Part shown: positions 8,568 to 18,269 of the stretch, in pieces
Layout of the letters: each line of letters begins with the position of its first letter
Numbering within the stretch: the first letter of the stretch is position 1
IMG/VR virus record: IMGVR_UViG_3300020727_000006
Length of the DNA: 64,000 nucleotides
Strand: one strand, 5' to 3'
Source of the DNA: an uncultured virus (IMG/VR IMGVR_UViG_3300020727_000006)
Lineage: Duplodnaviria > Heunggongvirae > Uroviricota > Caudoviricetes
The notes under the pieces: model-generated
Told to the model about the DNA's origin: nothing
The model's input: only the letters and a program-made list of their open reading frames with translations
The model's database searches: none
Position numbers and translations under genes: made by a program

Positions 8568-9368
8568 ATGAAATTATTAATTACAGGCGCAAGTGGCTAC
8601 ATCGGCAGCTATCTAAAGAATTACTATAGCGAATTTGGATATAGTGTACTTGCGCCGTCTAGTCAAGAACTTGATTTAACAAACTTAAGCGCAGTTCAAT
8701 CTTATATGGCTGCAAATGCAGTGCATGTAATAATAAATTGCGCATTTTATGGTCGTGAAATGATTCATAACCCAAGCGAAGATTTTTACATTAAAAACTT
8801 TGCTATGTTTGGTAATTTATTAAATCAATCACAATATTATAAAAAGTTCATACATCTTGGAAGCGGGTATGAATATGATATCGAAAGAAACATTGATGCC
8901 GCAGATGAAGATGATATTCTTTATGTCGATCCAAAACAACCATATGCCTCGTTAAAAAATAAACAAGCAAGACATTTGCATGAACGCGACAACTGCTACA
9001 ATTTGCGATTGTTTGGATTGGTTCATCGCAGCGAGCCTAATGCTAGGTTTTTTAAAAAATTGATGAATGATGACAAGGTAGTAATTAACCAAGATTGCAG
9101 ATATGATTTTTTTAATCTTGAAGATTTACCGCAAGTAGTTGATCTTGTTTTGAATAATACTATTCAGCATAAAGCAATTAATTGTGTATATGAAAACAAG
9201 TATACTTTAAGTCAGCAAGCTAAAATGTTTTGCGATATTAAAGGTATAGACTATAACAAGGTAGTAATAGAAAATACTTCTAACAAGGGATATACTGGAA
9301 GTAATGTAAGATTGGCCAGTTATAACTTGCCACTCATGGGACTAGAACTAGGAATGTTTGGTTATTAA
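8568..9368 (+). CDS. NAD-dependent epimerase/reductase (extended SDR)
   Basis: ITGASGYIG, HLGSG, YASLK (YxxxK), LRLFG. Confidence 0.85.
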   Translation: MKLLITGASGYIGSYLKNYYSEFGYSVLAPSSQELDLTNLSAVQSYMAANAVHVIINCAFYGREMIHNPSEDFYIKNFAMFGNLLNQSQYYKKFIHLGSGYEYDIERNIDAADEDDILYVDPKQPYASLKNKQARHLHERDNCYNLRLFGLVHRSEPNARFFKKLMNDDKVVINQDCRYDFFNLEDLPQVVDLVLNNTIQHKAINCVYENKYTLSQQAKMFCDIKGIDYNKVVIENTSNKGYTGSNVRLASYNLPLMGLELGMFGY

Positions 9369-9973
9369 CCAACTTTTTCAACATTAAAATTTTCGCACAA
9401 CCGCTTTACATATTCTAAAAAATGACATGGCGTAATATCTATATCTTTTCGTACATACCAAGTTTCAAAATGATCTTGTGGTTTTCCAAATGGAAACACA
9501 CCATATACTGCAACTTTGTATCCATGTGATTCTAAAAGTTTTCGCGACATCAGATCATAATTTCTATCCGTGCAGTATAAATCATGCTCATAGGTTATAC
9601 AATCAAAAGAAAACCCTTGATTTAATATGCGTTTTAACGCAGTAAATGTATGCTTTGGCGGATCGATATCACATGATAGATATGTAAGATGTTTTGGAAA
9701 TCCGTATTGTGTTAGTACAGTATCATAGTCAAAAATCAAAGCATCACCAAAACATATAGGTTGTTTTCTTTTGTTTTGATTTTTCCAATCTGGCATAAGG
9801 TCAGTATTATATTCGATACTTACCCCGCGCCAACCAGCGTTAACTTCTAATTGATATGTGTTACTGTGGATTGATGGATGATTTGCGCCAATTTCTAAGT
9901 ATGTTCGATCACCCTGTATAGACATTGCAAATATATCTTGTAACGACTGAGAATTTGTACGAATCGTTTCCAT
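9365..9973 (-). CDS. FkbM-like methyltransferase
   Basis: SQSLQD, YLEIGA, SNTY.LE...GW.G.SIE, YLSCDID, ITYEHD. Confidence 0.75.
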   Translation of the reverse strand: METIRTNSQSLQDIFAMSIQGDRTYLEIGANHPSIHSNTYQLEVNAGWRGVSIEYNTDLMPDWKNQNKRKQPICFGDALIFDYDTVLTQYGFPKHLTYLSCDIDPPKHTFTALKRILNQGFSFDCITYEHDLYCTDRNYDLMSRKLLESHGYKVAVYGVFPFGKPQDHFETWYVRKDIDITPCHFLEYVKRLCENFNVEKVG

Positions 9974-10956
9974 TAGTTTGGAATTAACCTTTCAAGCATT
10001 CTTGAATAATCTGCCCACACTGACTCGCGGCTATATGCTGTGTAGAGTGGTTCCAATGGCGCAGTGCCTTGCGCAATAATTTCTTTTATACTTTTATCTT
10101 CAATGAAAATACTTGGTTCAATATTCCAGAAATTACGGAACTGGTGACTTCGTGTTAACGCAATTGGACGACGAGCAGCTAGCGCATAATCTGGTGAACT
10201 TGCAATACCACAGCCATCTAGATAATCATAGAAATAACAATTAATAGTATTGTGTGCTAGCCAATCTACAATATCATGCGTTTCTTTTAAATCGTGACTA
10301 AACTGTAACTCAATGCCTGGTTTAGTAATAATACTTTTAACTTCTTCGACGCGAGCATAAGCATTGCTGCCTTGGTATCCATGAATAAGGTCTTCATAAT
10401 ATCCAAATGGAATATGCAATCTAAAAATTGCTTCGTCAAATTCTTCTTGAACTTTTTCAGCAAGTCTAGCAATTCCTTTATGAACTGGACCAAACCCTTG
10501 AAACCCAATAATAGGTTTAGGACCATCCTGATAAACATGTGTACTAGTAGGCGGTAGGAGTCTGTTAGTTATAAAGACACGATCATTACCTACCACGCTT
10601 GGATCGTCTGCAAGCAAATACTGCCATCCAGCATGGTTATCAGGATGAAACTCGTCTGACAAACGCTGATACATATCATGCATAATTCTAACTTGTGGAA
10701 CAGGAATCTGCATACGAACTTGCGGTTGATCCATCCATCCAGTAGTGCCAGGCGCATAGTTATAAATTAAACAATCTGGTTGCCAATCATTGACTGCACT
10801 AACAAATTCATCGCCATACTCGTCAGTGTATAATACTTTGAAATCATAATCTGGATGTTGCTCAAGGGTTTCACCAATAAGTTTACCAATGAGTCCTATT
10901 CCACAAGCTGCTTTGTGACCAAGTGTTTGGGTCACGAATAGTACACGAGATTTCAT
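9973..10956 (-). CDS. putative GT-B glycosyltransferase (paralog of 11945..12871)
   Basis: CGIG, IGFQGFG..HKG, GIASSPDYALAARRPI. Confidence 0.65.
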   Translation of the reverse strand: MKSRVLFVTQTLGHKAACGIGLIGKLIGETLEQHPDYDFKVLYTDEYGDEFVSAVNDWQPDCLIYNYAPGTTGWMDQPQVRMQIPVPQVRIMHDMYQRLSDEFHPDNHAGWQYLLADDPSVVGNDRVFITNRLLPPTSTHVYQDGPKPIIGFQGFGPVHKGIARLAEKVQEEFDEAIFRLHIPFGYYEDLIHGYQGSNAYARVEEVKSIITKPGIELQFSHDLKETHDIVDWLAHNTINCYFYDYLDGCGIASSPDYALAARRPIALTRSHQFRNFWNIEPSIFIEDKSIKEIIAQGTAPLEPLYTAYSRESVWADYSRMLERLIPN

Positions 10957-11945
10957 TGTTGCGATGCCTTTACTTGTTCTGCAATCCAGTTATATGTTTT
11001 AGTTAAGCCAGCATACAAATCTTGAGTAGGCACCCAATTTAGTTTTTCCCTAATAAGATCATTGTTGCTGTTGCGTCCACGAACGCCTTGTGGACCATCT
11101 ATATGCTTAATAGTAATTATTTTATCTGCAATACCACTAACCATTAACACAAGGTCATTTATTGAAATAAGATGATCGCTACCAATATTAACTGGACCAC
11201 TAAAGTCACTGTCCATAAGGCGCATTACGCCTTCAACACAATCATCAATATGCAAGAATGAACGAGTTTGTAATCCATCGCCCCATATCTCAATCTCACC
11301 GCCTTCGCTTGCCATTGCTACTTTACGACAAATAGCTGCTGGTGCTTTTTCTTTGCCACCGCTCCAAGTTCCGTGTTCGCCAAAGATGTTATGGAAGCGA
11401 GCAATACGATTGCGCATGCCATACTGACGATTATACGAAAGATAAAGTCGCTCACTAAACAACTTTTCCCAACCATATTCAGTATCAGGATGTGCAGGAT
11501 ATGCAGTATATTCACGGCAATCTGGATTCTGTGGGTCTACTTGGTTAAATTCATTGTACACACATGCACTGCTGCTGAAAAATACTTGTTCTACACCTTG
11601 ACGGCGAGCACTATCTGCTACATTGAGATTAATTTTAGCACTGTTGGTCATGACATCTGCATCATTGTCAACATTTCCAATATACCCAATACCACCCATA
11701 TCTGCAGCAAGCTGAAATACACGGTCAAATTTACGATCAATAATAAAATCTACAACTTGCGGATTACGACAGTCGCCTATATAAAACTCATCACACGCAC
11801 TTGATGCAAATTCAGGTGCTTTTAAATCAACGCCGCGCACCCAATATCCTTCAGTCTTTAATCGCTTAGCAATATGACTACCGATAAATCCACCTGCGCC
11901 AATAACGGCAGCGGTTTTTTGTGTTACTTTTTCTATTTTGTACAT
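10953..11945 (-). CDS. GDP-mannose 3,5-epimerase-like SDR
   Basis: GAGGFIG, LAADMGG, SSSACVY, YGWEKL, EKAPAAICRK, WGDGLQTRSF. Confidence 0.88.
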   Translation of the reverse strand: MYKIEKVTQKTAAVIGAGGFIGSHIAKRLKTEGYWVRGVDLKAPEFASSACDEFYIGDCRNPQVVDFIIDRKFDRVFQLAADMGGIGYIGNVDNDADVMTNSAKINLNVADSARRQGVEQVFFSSSACVYNEFNQVDPQNPDCREYTAYPAHPDTEYGWEKLFSERLYLSYNRQYGMRNRIARFHNIFGEHGTWSGGKEKAPAAICRKVAMASEGGEIEIWGDGLQTRSFLHIDDCVEGVMRLMDSDFSGPVNIGSDHLISINDLVLMVSGIADKIITIKHIDGPQGVRGRNSNNDLIREKLNWVPTQDLYAGLTKTYNWIAEQVKASQQ

Positions 11946-12871
11946 TATAGATACCTATCCAATATTGTTTCAAAGTTTTTTATGTAATTATCGTTGTTAT
12001 ATCGCTGTCTAAACTCTTCGGTTGGTTCTAGTCCGCGAGCAATAGTATCTTTTATACTGTTCTTTTCAGCCAACAATTCTTGTTTCCAATTCATGTGACG
12101 ATACATGTTACTATCACTTAATAGAATTGGTTTCATTGCAGTTAACCCGCTGTCTACGCAGCTAGATATACCACGACCAGGCTGTGTTGCATATAGAAAC
12201 ATATTAAGATCATTATTGTTCAAGAACTTCGCTAGGCTATAACGATCTGGAATAAACTCGTGTGTGATATTAACCGTTACATTGGGTTTAGCAATAGCAC
12301 GACAATGATTAGCAATGCTATGCGCAAGACCGCCTGTCATATCAACATAAGCGCCGTAAGAAATGTTAATGTTTACTTCAACTGGTTCATCAAACTGTGC
12401 ATTGACTAGTTCAACAATGCGTGGAAAATTTTTAGTTTGCTGACCAAATCCAAATGAACCAATCTTTAATACTTTACTAGGCGGCGAGTATTGAATATCA
12501 TCATAGAATATAAGTGGACGACCTACTGAACTATGCGTCTCGGTTGGTGAAAATGTAGGATCACAAACAAAATGATGGTCTACATGAGGAAAAACATTAT
12601 AATTATCGTGTCCAGTAATGACAAACTGCGGAATACCAGTTCTGCTCAGCACATAATCGCTTAACCATGGCATAGTAGATGGATGATGATTCCATATGAT
12701 ACCATCAACAATAGCATCATCAAAATAATTAAAAAATCCATTTTGATGATCTACTTCAACAAGTTCAAATTTATACTTCTTACTTTGTTGCAGAATCTTA
12801 AAAGAAAACAAACCATAGGTATGAATCCCACAGTTTGTTTCACTATTCATTACAATTGCGATTTTACGCAT
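11945..12871 (-). CDS. putative GT-B glycosyltransferase (start revised to MRKIAIV)
   Basis: CGIH, IGSFGFG..TKN, GISSCVDSGLTAMKPI. Confidence 0.65.
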   Translation of the reverse strand: MRKIAIVMNSETNCGIHTYGLFSFKILQQSKKYKFELVEVDHQNGFFNYFDDAIVDGIIWNHHPSTMPWLSDYVLSRTGIPQFVITGHDNYNVFPHVDHHFVCDPTFSPTETHSSVGRPLIFYDDIQYSPPSKVLKIGSFGFGQQTKNFPRIVELVNAQFDEPVEVNINISYGAYVDMTGGLAHSIANHCRAIAKPNVTVNITHEFIPDRYSLAKFLNNNDLNMFLYATQPGRGISSCVDSGLTAMKPILLSDSNMYRHMNWKQELLAEKNSIKDTIARGLEPTEEFRQRYNNDNYIKNFETILDRYL

Positions 12872-13778
12872 TTTTATAGCCGCTACTCTGCTTGTTATTA
12901 TAGATATCGTTGATAGCAGTTTCAATAATTTTTACTGCTGGACTTGCGTAAGTTGTTGTGCTGCTACGAAAATCAGCTTTAATATCTAATCCATATGGCA
13001 GCGTATCTTCTGGCTTATGACTAAAGTTTACAAATACTTTATTCATGTCTAAAAGATTTTGCTTGGTATTAGCATAAGTGAATGGACCACTATTCTTGCC
13101 AACAATCAAGTTAACTTTAGTTGACAAATAAGATATATCACATAAATCACATTCATTATTGAAAATGTCGTTAGTGAATACTATATTGTTAAGTTTAGTT
13201 TCGAACTTTTCAGTTGCAACAAAAGTATCACTACTGTGATTTGCAGCAACATGTTCAATAATCTTTTGCATGTTGTCCATGCTGCTTTGTTTACTAGCAA
13301 CTGCACTGTTGCAGAAAAGATATACATTGCCGTTAAAACCTGCATAGTTGTCTACTGCAGCCGTATTGTAAACGCTATAATCGATCTGCGGAACATAATC
13401 CCACACATCTTCGCTTAGTTTAAGATCAATGCCAAATTGCTGACGAATGTTATTGTAGCACTCACCAATAATACGGTGATGGCTAACATAGGAAGGATGA
13501 GTGTTAGCCCATAATCCCATATAACTTCCTACCCAAGTATTGATAAGAATAGTATCGTCATCTTGACCAAATCGTTGCCATTGATCAATTCCATCAAGAA
13601 CTAATTTATTGTTTTCTTCGTCTAGTGTATCAACAAGATCAACGATAGCACGACCATTTTTCTTATGTGCATAAAAGTAATTCATATCAGGCAACTGACG
13701 CTTGATATCAGCAACCCATCCTCGTGTAGAGAATAGGTCACCATAATGCCAATGATTAAAGAATACTATATTTTCCAT
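12864..13778 (-). CDS. putative GT9-like glycosyltransferase
   Basis: N-terminal H.GD and C-terminal IVGKNSGP (cf. GT9 DSGP). Confidence 0.5.
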   Translation of the reverse strand: MENIVFFNHWHYGDLFSTRGWVADIKRQLPDMNYFYAHKKNGRAIVDLVDTLDEENNKLVLDGIDQWQRFGQDDDTILINTWVGSYMGLWANTHPSYVSHHRIIGECYNNIRQQFGIDLKLSEDVWDYVPQIDYSVYNTAAVDNYAGFNGNVYLFCNSAVASKQSSMDNMQKIIEHVAANHSSDTFVATEKFETKLNNIVFTNDIFNNECDLCDISYLSTKVNLIVGKNSGPFTYANTKQNLLDMNKVFVNFSHKPEDTLPYGLDIKADFRSSTTTYASPAVKIIETAINDIYNNKQSSGYKNA

Positions 13779-13781
13779 AGA

Positions 13782-15002
13782 TTATCCAATAACCTGAAAT
13801 GTTGGACATGGAACAACTAGCTTGCCACCCTTGGCAATAAAATCACTTTCACGCTTGACAAACTCATCAATAAAGTGCCATGGGAGAACAAGTAGATAAT
13901 CAGGGTTTGCTGCTCGCATCTCTGCTTCACTTACGATTGGAATGTTAGTTCCAACGGTTTGTAGACCAAACTTGTATGGCGAGCGTTCAGCAATAGCAGT
14001 TACCAAATCTGGTGTAATTTCAAATAATTGCAGTAGTGTATTGCCCTTAGTTGATGCACCATATCCATAGACTTTCTTGCCTTCTTCTTTAGCTTTATGC
14101 AAAAATTCAAGAACTTGAATCTTTAAATCCCATATATTATCACCAAATTCTTTCCAAAGTTTCTCATCAGTGATATCCCACTGTTGTGTTTCATATGCAA
14201 GAGTTGAAGAGATACGGAATCCGCACACATCACGCACCTGTTGTGTAGCAAAAGTCTTCTCGTCGCTAGTATCCTTCTGGAAAGTAACACGGAATGAACC
14301 ACCGTTGGTGTCATTTAGTGAACAATCACGCAGCACAAATCCTTCACTCGCAAACAATTTACGAATACTGCGAAGATCATAATAATACACATGCTCATGA
14401 CAGATGTTATCAAACGCCAACTGCTTCAACATAAGCGGAGTATAACTCATCTGTAGAACAAATACGCCATCGTCAGCAAGAATAGAATGAGCGTCACGGA
14501 TGAATGGACGAGGATCGTTCAAGTCATAGAACATAGCAATACAAGTAATGACCTTTGCCTTTTCGCCGCCGTGTCCAAGGCTATCATATGCTTCACGACT
14601 AAAGAAATCTTGTTTGACTTCTGCAACCTTGCTGCTTTCCTCTAGATATGAATCGTCAGCGGGATCAATGCCCAACTTAATCATGTTATCAGGAACTTGA
14701 CGAAGTAATGTTCCATCATTGCAAGCAATATCTAGCCAGATATCGCCATCATTGATTTTAACACGGCTTGTGATTTCGCTTACAATTTCACCTAATTGCT
14801 TCGTCATACTTGTGTTGATACCACTACGATACCAATACTGTCCATACATCTTATCAAGTGGTGCTACACCATCAAGACGAACTGCACCGATAGTCTCGTC
14901 AAGATAAAGGTCAAGACTCCATGGTTTTGTTTCACGCATTTCTGCGTTTGGTTTCATAAAATCACTTACATAGTGATCACCTAATTCTAAAATCTTTTTC
15001 AT
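13782..15002 (-). CDS. NDP-sugar C-methyltransferase (NovU/TcaB9-like)
   Basis: Y.YRSG, LDIACNDGTLL, FDNICHEHVYYY, NGGSFR, YGASTKGNTL, PDYLLVLPWHF. Confidence 0.88.
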   Translation of the reverse strand: MKKILELGDHYVSDFMKPNAEMRETKPWSLDLYLDETIGAVRLDGVAPLDKMYGQYWYRSGINTSMTKQLGEIVSEITSRVKINDGDIWLDIACNDGTLLRQVPDNMIKLGIDPADDSYLEESSKVAEVKQDFFSREAYDSLGHGGEKAKVITCIAMFYDLNDPRPFIRDAHSILADDGVFVLQMSYTPLMLKQLAFDNICHEHVYYYDLRSIRKLFASEGFVLRDCSLNDTNGGSFRVTFQKDTSDEKTFATQQVRDVCGFRISSTLAYETQQWDITDEKLWKEFGDNIWDLKIQVLEFLHKAKEEGKKVYGYGASTKGNTLLQLFEITPDLVTAIAERSPYKFGLQTVGTNIPIVSEAEMRAANPDYLLVLPWHFIDEFVKRESDFIAKGGKLVVPCPTFQVIG

Positions 15003-15012
15003 TGAATCTTCC

Positions 15013-15399
15013 TTATGTGTAACTTTTTGCTTCTACGATTGTGCTGTTGCACTTTTTATTGATAATTTGTTTTACTTGTGCACGACGAGTATTTGCTGCA
15101 TAAGTTGAACTTGCAATGTGAACAAAATCCATATCATATGGTTTCTTGTCTTCACTAGGACCATATGTCCTTGCAAGGTCTTCGTTGCGCCAAATAACCT
15201 TGTTAACTTCTAGCAATTCTGTAATCTCTTGCGCCAAGTTGATATCTTCAAACTGACCAGTAAGTGCAGTAAGTTCATTTAACTCACGACGAACATGCGA
15301 TAGTTTATCAAAATCTTTAATCTCTGCCAATTTAATTTGGAGAATTGTAATCTTGTCGTACAATTCTCCAACGCCAATTGGAGCAAGGATTATGCTCAT
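15013..15399 (-). CDS. DUF6165-like protein
   Basis: PIGVGELYDKITILQIK, L.EVN..IW..ED, N..RA..K..IN, IVEAKSY. Confidence 0.7.
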   Translation of the reverse strand: MSIILAPIGVGELYDKITILQIKLAEIKDFDKLSHVRRELNELTALTGQFEDINLAQEITELLEVNKVIWRNEDLARTYGPSEDKKPYDMDFVHIASSTYAANTRRAQVKQIINKKCNSTIVEAKSYT

Positions 15400-16418
15400 G
15401 GATAAACCTTTGCAAGATTATAATCAGTTTCGCACATATCATTAACAAGGTCTTGAAGTGTAAATTGCGGTTCCCACCCAAGAACTTCGCGAACTTTAGT
15501 TGCATCACCTTGAATATTAACAACATCTACTGGACGATAGAACTCTGGGTTGACCTTAATCATTACATCACCAGTTACAGCATTGCGAGCAACTTCATCA
15601 ACTCCACTGCCTTCCCAAACCAACTTGATACCAAAGTATGCAGCAGTCGAGTTACAAAAATCACGAATGCTGCTTTGAATACCTGTTGCAACAACATAAT
15701 CATCTGGTGTTTCGTGTTGTAGCATCATCCACATTGCGCGAACATAATCCTTGGCATGACCCCAATCACGAAGTGAATCCATATTGCCAAGTTCTAGAAC
15801 CTTCTGCTTACCTAATACCATGTTGGCAAATGCTTTGGTAATTTTACGAGTAACAAAAAGTTCACCACGACGAGGAGACTCATGGTTGAATAGTAGTCCA
15901 TTGCAACCAAAAATCTTATAACTTTCACGATAGTTTACCGTGATCCAATATGCATACAACTTGGCTGCACTGTATGGCGAACCAGGATAGAATGGTGTAT
16001 CTTCCTTCTGCGGATTAAACTTCTGAATACCAAACATTTCACTAGTTGATGCCTGATAGAACTTTGTTTTATTTGTTAGCTTGAGACTGCGGATACTGTC
16101 AAGAATACGCAGCGGACCTAGTGCATTTGTATCACCAGTTAGTTCTGGCATATCAAATGATACTTTAACATGGCTTTGAGCGGCAAGATTATAAATCTCA
16201 TCTGGTTCTACCTTGTCAATAAGATTACGGATACTATTACTATCACTCAAATCACCATTATGAAACTTAACATGATCTTTGACAGTAACAATGTTTGGAT
16301 GGTCGAAGTTAGCACTACGACGAATAAGCCCGTGAACCTCATATCCTTTGTTTAGTAGTAGTTCTGCTAGGTAGCTGCCATCTTGACCAGCAATACCAGT
16401 AATAAGTGCTTTCTTCAT
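15396..16418 (-). CDS. gmd: GDP-mannose 4,6-dehydratase
   Basis: ALITGIAGQDGSYLAE, LAAQSHV, QASTSE, SPYSAAK, FNHESPRRG, RDWGHAKDY. Confidence 0.96.
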   Translation of the reverse strand: MKKALITGIAGQDGSYLAELLLNKGYEVHGLIRRSANFDHPNIVTVKDHVKFHNGDLSDSNSIRNLIDKVEPDEIYNLAAQSHVKVSFDMPELTGDTNALGPLRILDSIRSLKLTNKTKFYQASTSEMFGIQKFNPQKEDTPFYPGSPYSAAKLYAYWITVNYRESYKIFGCNGLLFNHESPRRGELFVTRKITKAFANMVLGKQKVLELGNMDSLRDWGHAKDYVRAMWMMLQHETPDDYVVATGIQSSIRDFCNSTAAYFGIKLVWEGSGVDEVARNAVTGDVMIKVNPEFYRPVDVVNIQGDATKVREVLGWEPQFTLQDLVNDMCETDYNLAKVYP

Positions 16419-16435
16419 TTTTACCTCGTTGATAT

Positions 16436-16464
16436 AATGTATATATTATTGACTACATTGTCAA
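16436..16464 (-). promoter_or_regulatory. sigma70-type promoter of the sugar operon
   Basis: TTGACA-N17-TACATT, then GAGG SD before gmd. Confidence 0.6.
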
Positions 16465-16473
16465 TTAAATTAA

Positions 16474-16926
16474 TTAAAGATTGGTATCTTCCATACCTGC
16501 GGTACGAAGACGAACGATATGGCCCATCATAAAATTTTTACTTTCGATAGATTTAATAATGCCTAACCAACGATTTCGCAACAGTGCAACTTCGTTAATA
16601 ATGGTTTCAAAGTCAATTACTTCTTGTTCGCCATCAACATACTTTTCAGCATCTCGTGAAGTTAATGCACGAGCATAGTGTTCTAGGTATTTTTGAAAAT
16701 GTTTACGACGAATTTGCCTGAGTTGCAAATTAAGATAGTTTAAAATTGCTTCAATTTCTTGCAATTGATTATAACGATAAGCGGTAATGCCTGGCAAAGC
16801 AGTTAAATTTTTTTCAACATTTCCTTTAACTTCAATATCTTTTTCAGCGTTGATTAACTCAGATTCATAATAATTTATAAAATTTGGGATGTTATCTAAG
16901 CTACTAACTACTTTGCTATACCACAT
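16474..16926 (-). CDS. uvsY: UvsY-like recombination mediator
   Basis: Helical 150 aa, AEKYVDGE motif, adjacent to recA. Confidence 0.7.
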   Translation of the reverse strand: MWYSKVVSSLDNIPNFINYYESELINAEKDIEVKGNVEKNLTALPGITAYRYNQLQEIEAILNYLNLQLRQIRRKHFQKYLEHYARALTSRDAEKYVDGEQEVIDFETIINEVALLRNRWLGIIKSIESKNFMMGHIVRLRTAGMEDTNL

Positions 16927-17147
16927 TATTCCTCAATTTCTTCGTCAGATTCTTCTATATCAAGATGTTCACTGATAGCTGCTTGCATAATACGATCAAC
17001 GGCTAGTTGTTGTAAATCGTTGTCAGTAATTCCAGCATCAACTAATTCATTGATAACATGGTCTGCAGCTACTTGTCGATCTTTGGCAGAAATATATTCT
17101 TTAATAGTTTGCCAAAAAATTGTTAAAAGTTCACCACTCTCACTCAT
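16926..17147 (-). CDS. hypothetical protein
   Basis: Operon-packed acidic 73 aa. Confidence 0.65.
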   Translation of the reverse strand: MSESGELLTIFWQTIKEYISAKDRQVAADHVINELVDAGITDNDLQQLAVDRIMQAAISEHLDIEESDEEIEE

Positions 17148-18189
17148 CTTCTATTTCTTCCTTTTTAGTAATAGGAGTATGCTTGCCATACTCCTCCATA
17201 ATTATATTCAATTGTTCATCTGTCCAATTTTTACGAAATGCTTTTGTAATTTCGCCAGTTACAGGACTTGTATATTGAAGCATATTACCAGCTTTTACAA
17301 GAATACCTTCTGATTCAAACATATCAATAAGACCGCTATAAGGACTCATGCCAGTAGTATAAGGAATCTTAACTTGAACACTTTCAAATGGTTTAGCATA
17401 ACGAGTTTTCATTACCTTACATGCGGCACGAATACCATTTACTTCCGATGTTTTGTTGCCATCTTCATCTTCTTTCAATTTTAATTTGCGCATAGCAACT
17501 ACAATAGAAGAAGCATATACAAACCCCTGTCCGCCAGAAATTTTATCATCTGGATCAAACATGTCCTGTGACGCATAGGTATGATTAGTTGCAACCATGC
17601 CAATGTTATAAGAACCAAACATATTAACACAGTTACGAACTAGCGCAGTCAATGCCTTTGGCTTACGGCCCATGTCACCCTTCAAATCACCTGATTCAAA
17701 CTGATTAACATCGGTTGGAGTAAGTAACATACCAAGAGAATCAATTACAAATAGAACCTTTGGACGCGCTTCTTCAGACATTGCCTTATAGTGGTCCATG
17801 AAGTTAGTGATAGTCTTAGCAACATCATCAATCATTGCCATATTAAGTTTAAGAAGATGATCTTCATCAGTCTTAACGCCAAGTGCTTTTAGCCAATCTT
17901 CATCAAGCGCGTTTTCAGTATCAATAAGAATGACATAAATTCCCTGATCCTGTGCATTCTTAACAATGTTACCGCTACAAATGTAACTTTTACCTGCGCC
18001 GCTTTCACCAGCAAATACTGTTACCTTTCCAAGGGGAATACCCTTATTAAAGTCACCACTGATACGATAATTGAGAGTATAATTGCCTGTAGAAACCCAG
18101 TCAGTTGGATCATTATATCCAACGCTCATACCTGGAATTGCCTTCGTCAGGTCTTTACGAAACTTTGATATGTCAAATGGTTTAGCCAT
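17140..18189 (-). CDS. uvsX: RecA/UvsX recombinase
   Basis: AGESGAGKS, IDTENA, VIDSLG, TNHTY, SGG. Confidence 0.93.
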   Translation of the reverse strand: MAKPFDISKFRKDLTKAIPGMSVGYNDPTDWVSTGNYTLNYRISGDFNKGIPLGKVTVFAGESGAGKSYICSGNIVKNAQDQGIYVILIDTENALDEDWLKALGVKTDEDHLLKLNMAMIDDVAKTITNFMDHYKAMSEEARPKVLFVIDSLGMLLTPTDVNQFESGDLKGDMGRKPKALTALVRNCVNMFGSYNIGMVATNHTYASQDMFDPDDKISGGQGFVYASSIVVAMRKLKLKEDEDGNKTSEVNGIRAACKVMKTRYAKPFESVQVKIPYTTGMSPYSGLIDMFESEGILVKAGNMLQYTSPVTGEITKAFRKNWTDEQLNIIMEEYGKHTPITKKEEIEDE

Positions 18190-18217
18190 GATTGTGCCTT
18201 TGTTAAATTATTCAATT

Positions 18218-18258
18218 ATTATATAAAAATGGGACAGGATTGTCAATAATCCTGTCCC
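18218..18258 (-). promoter_or_regulatory. terminator hairpin overlapping a consensus promoter for uvsX
   Basis: 11-bp stem gggacaggatt/aatcctgtccc; TTGACA(18246-18241)-N17-TATAAT(18223-18218). Confidence 0.75.
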
Positions 18259-18269
18259 TTAATGTGCTA

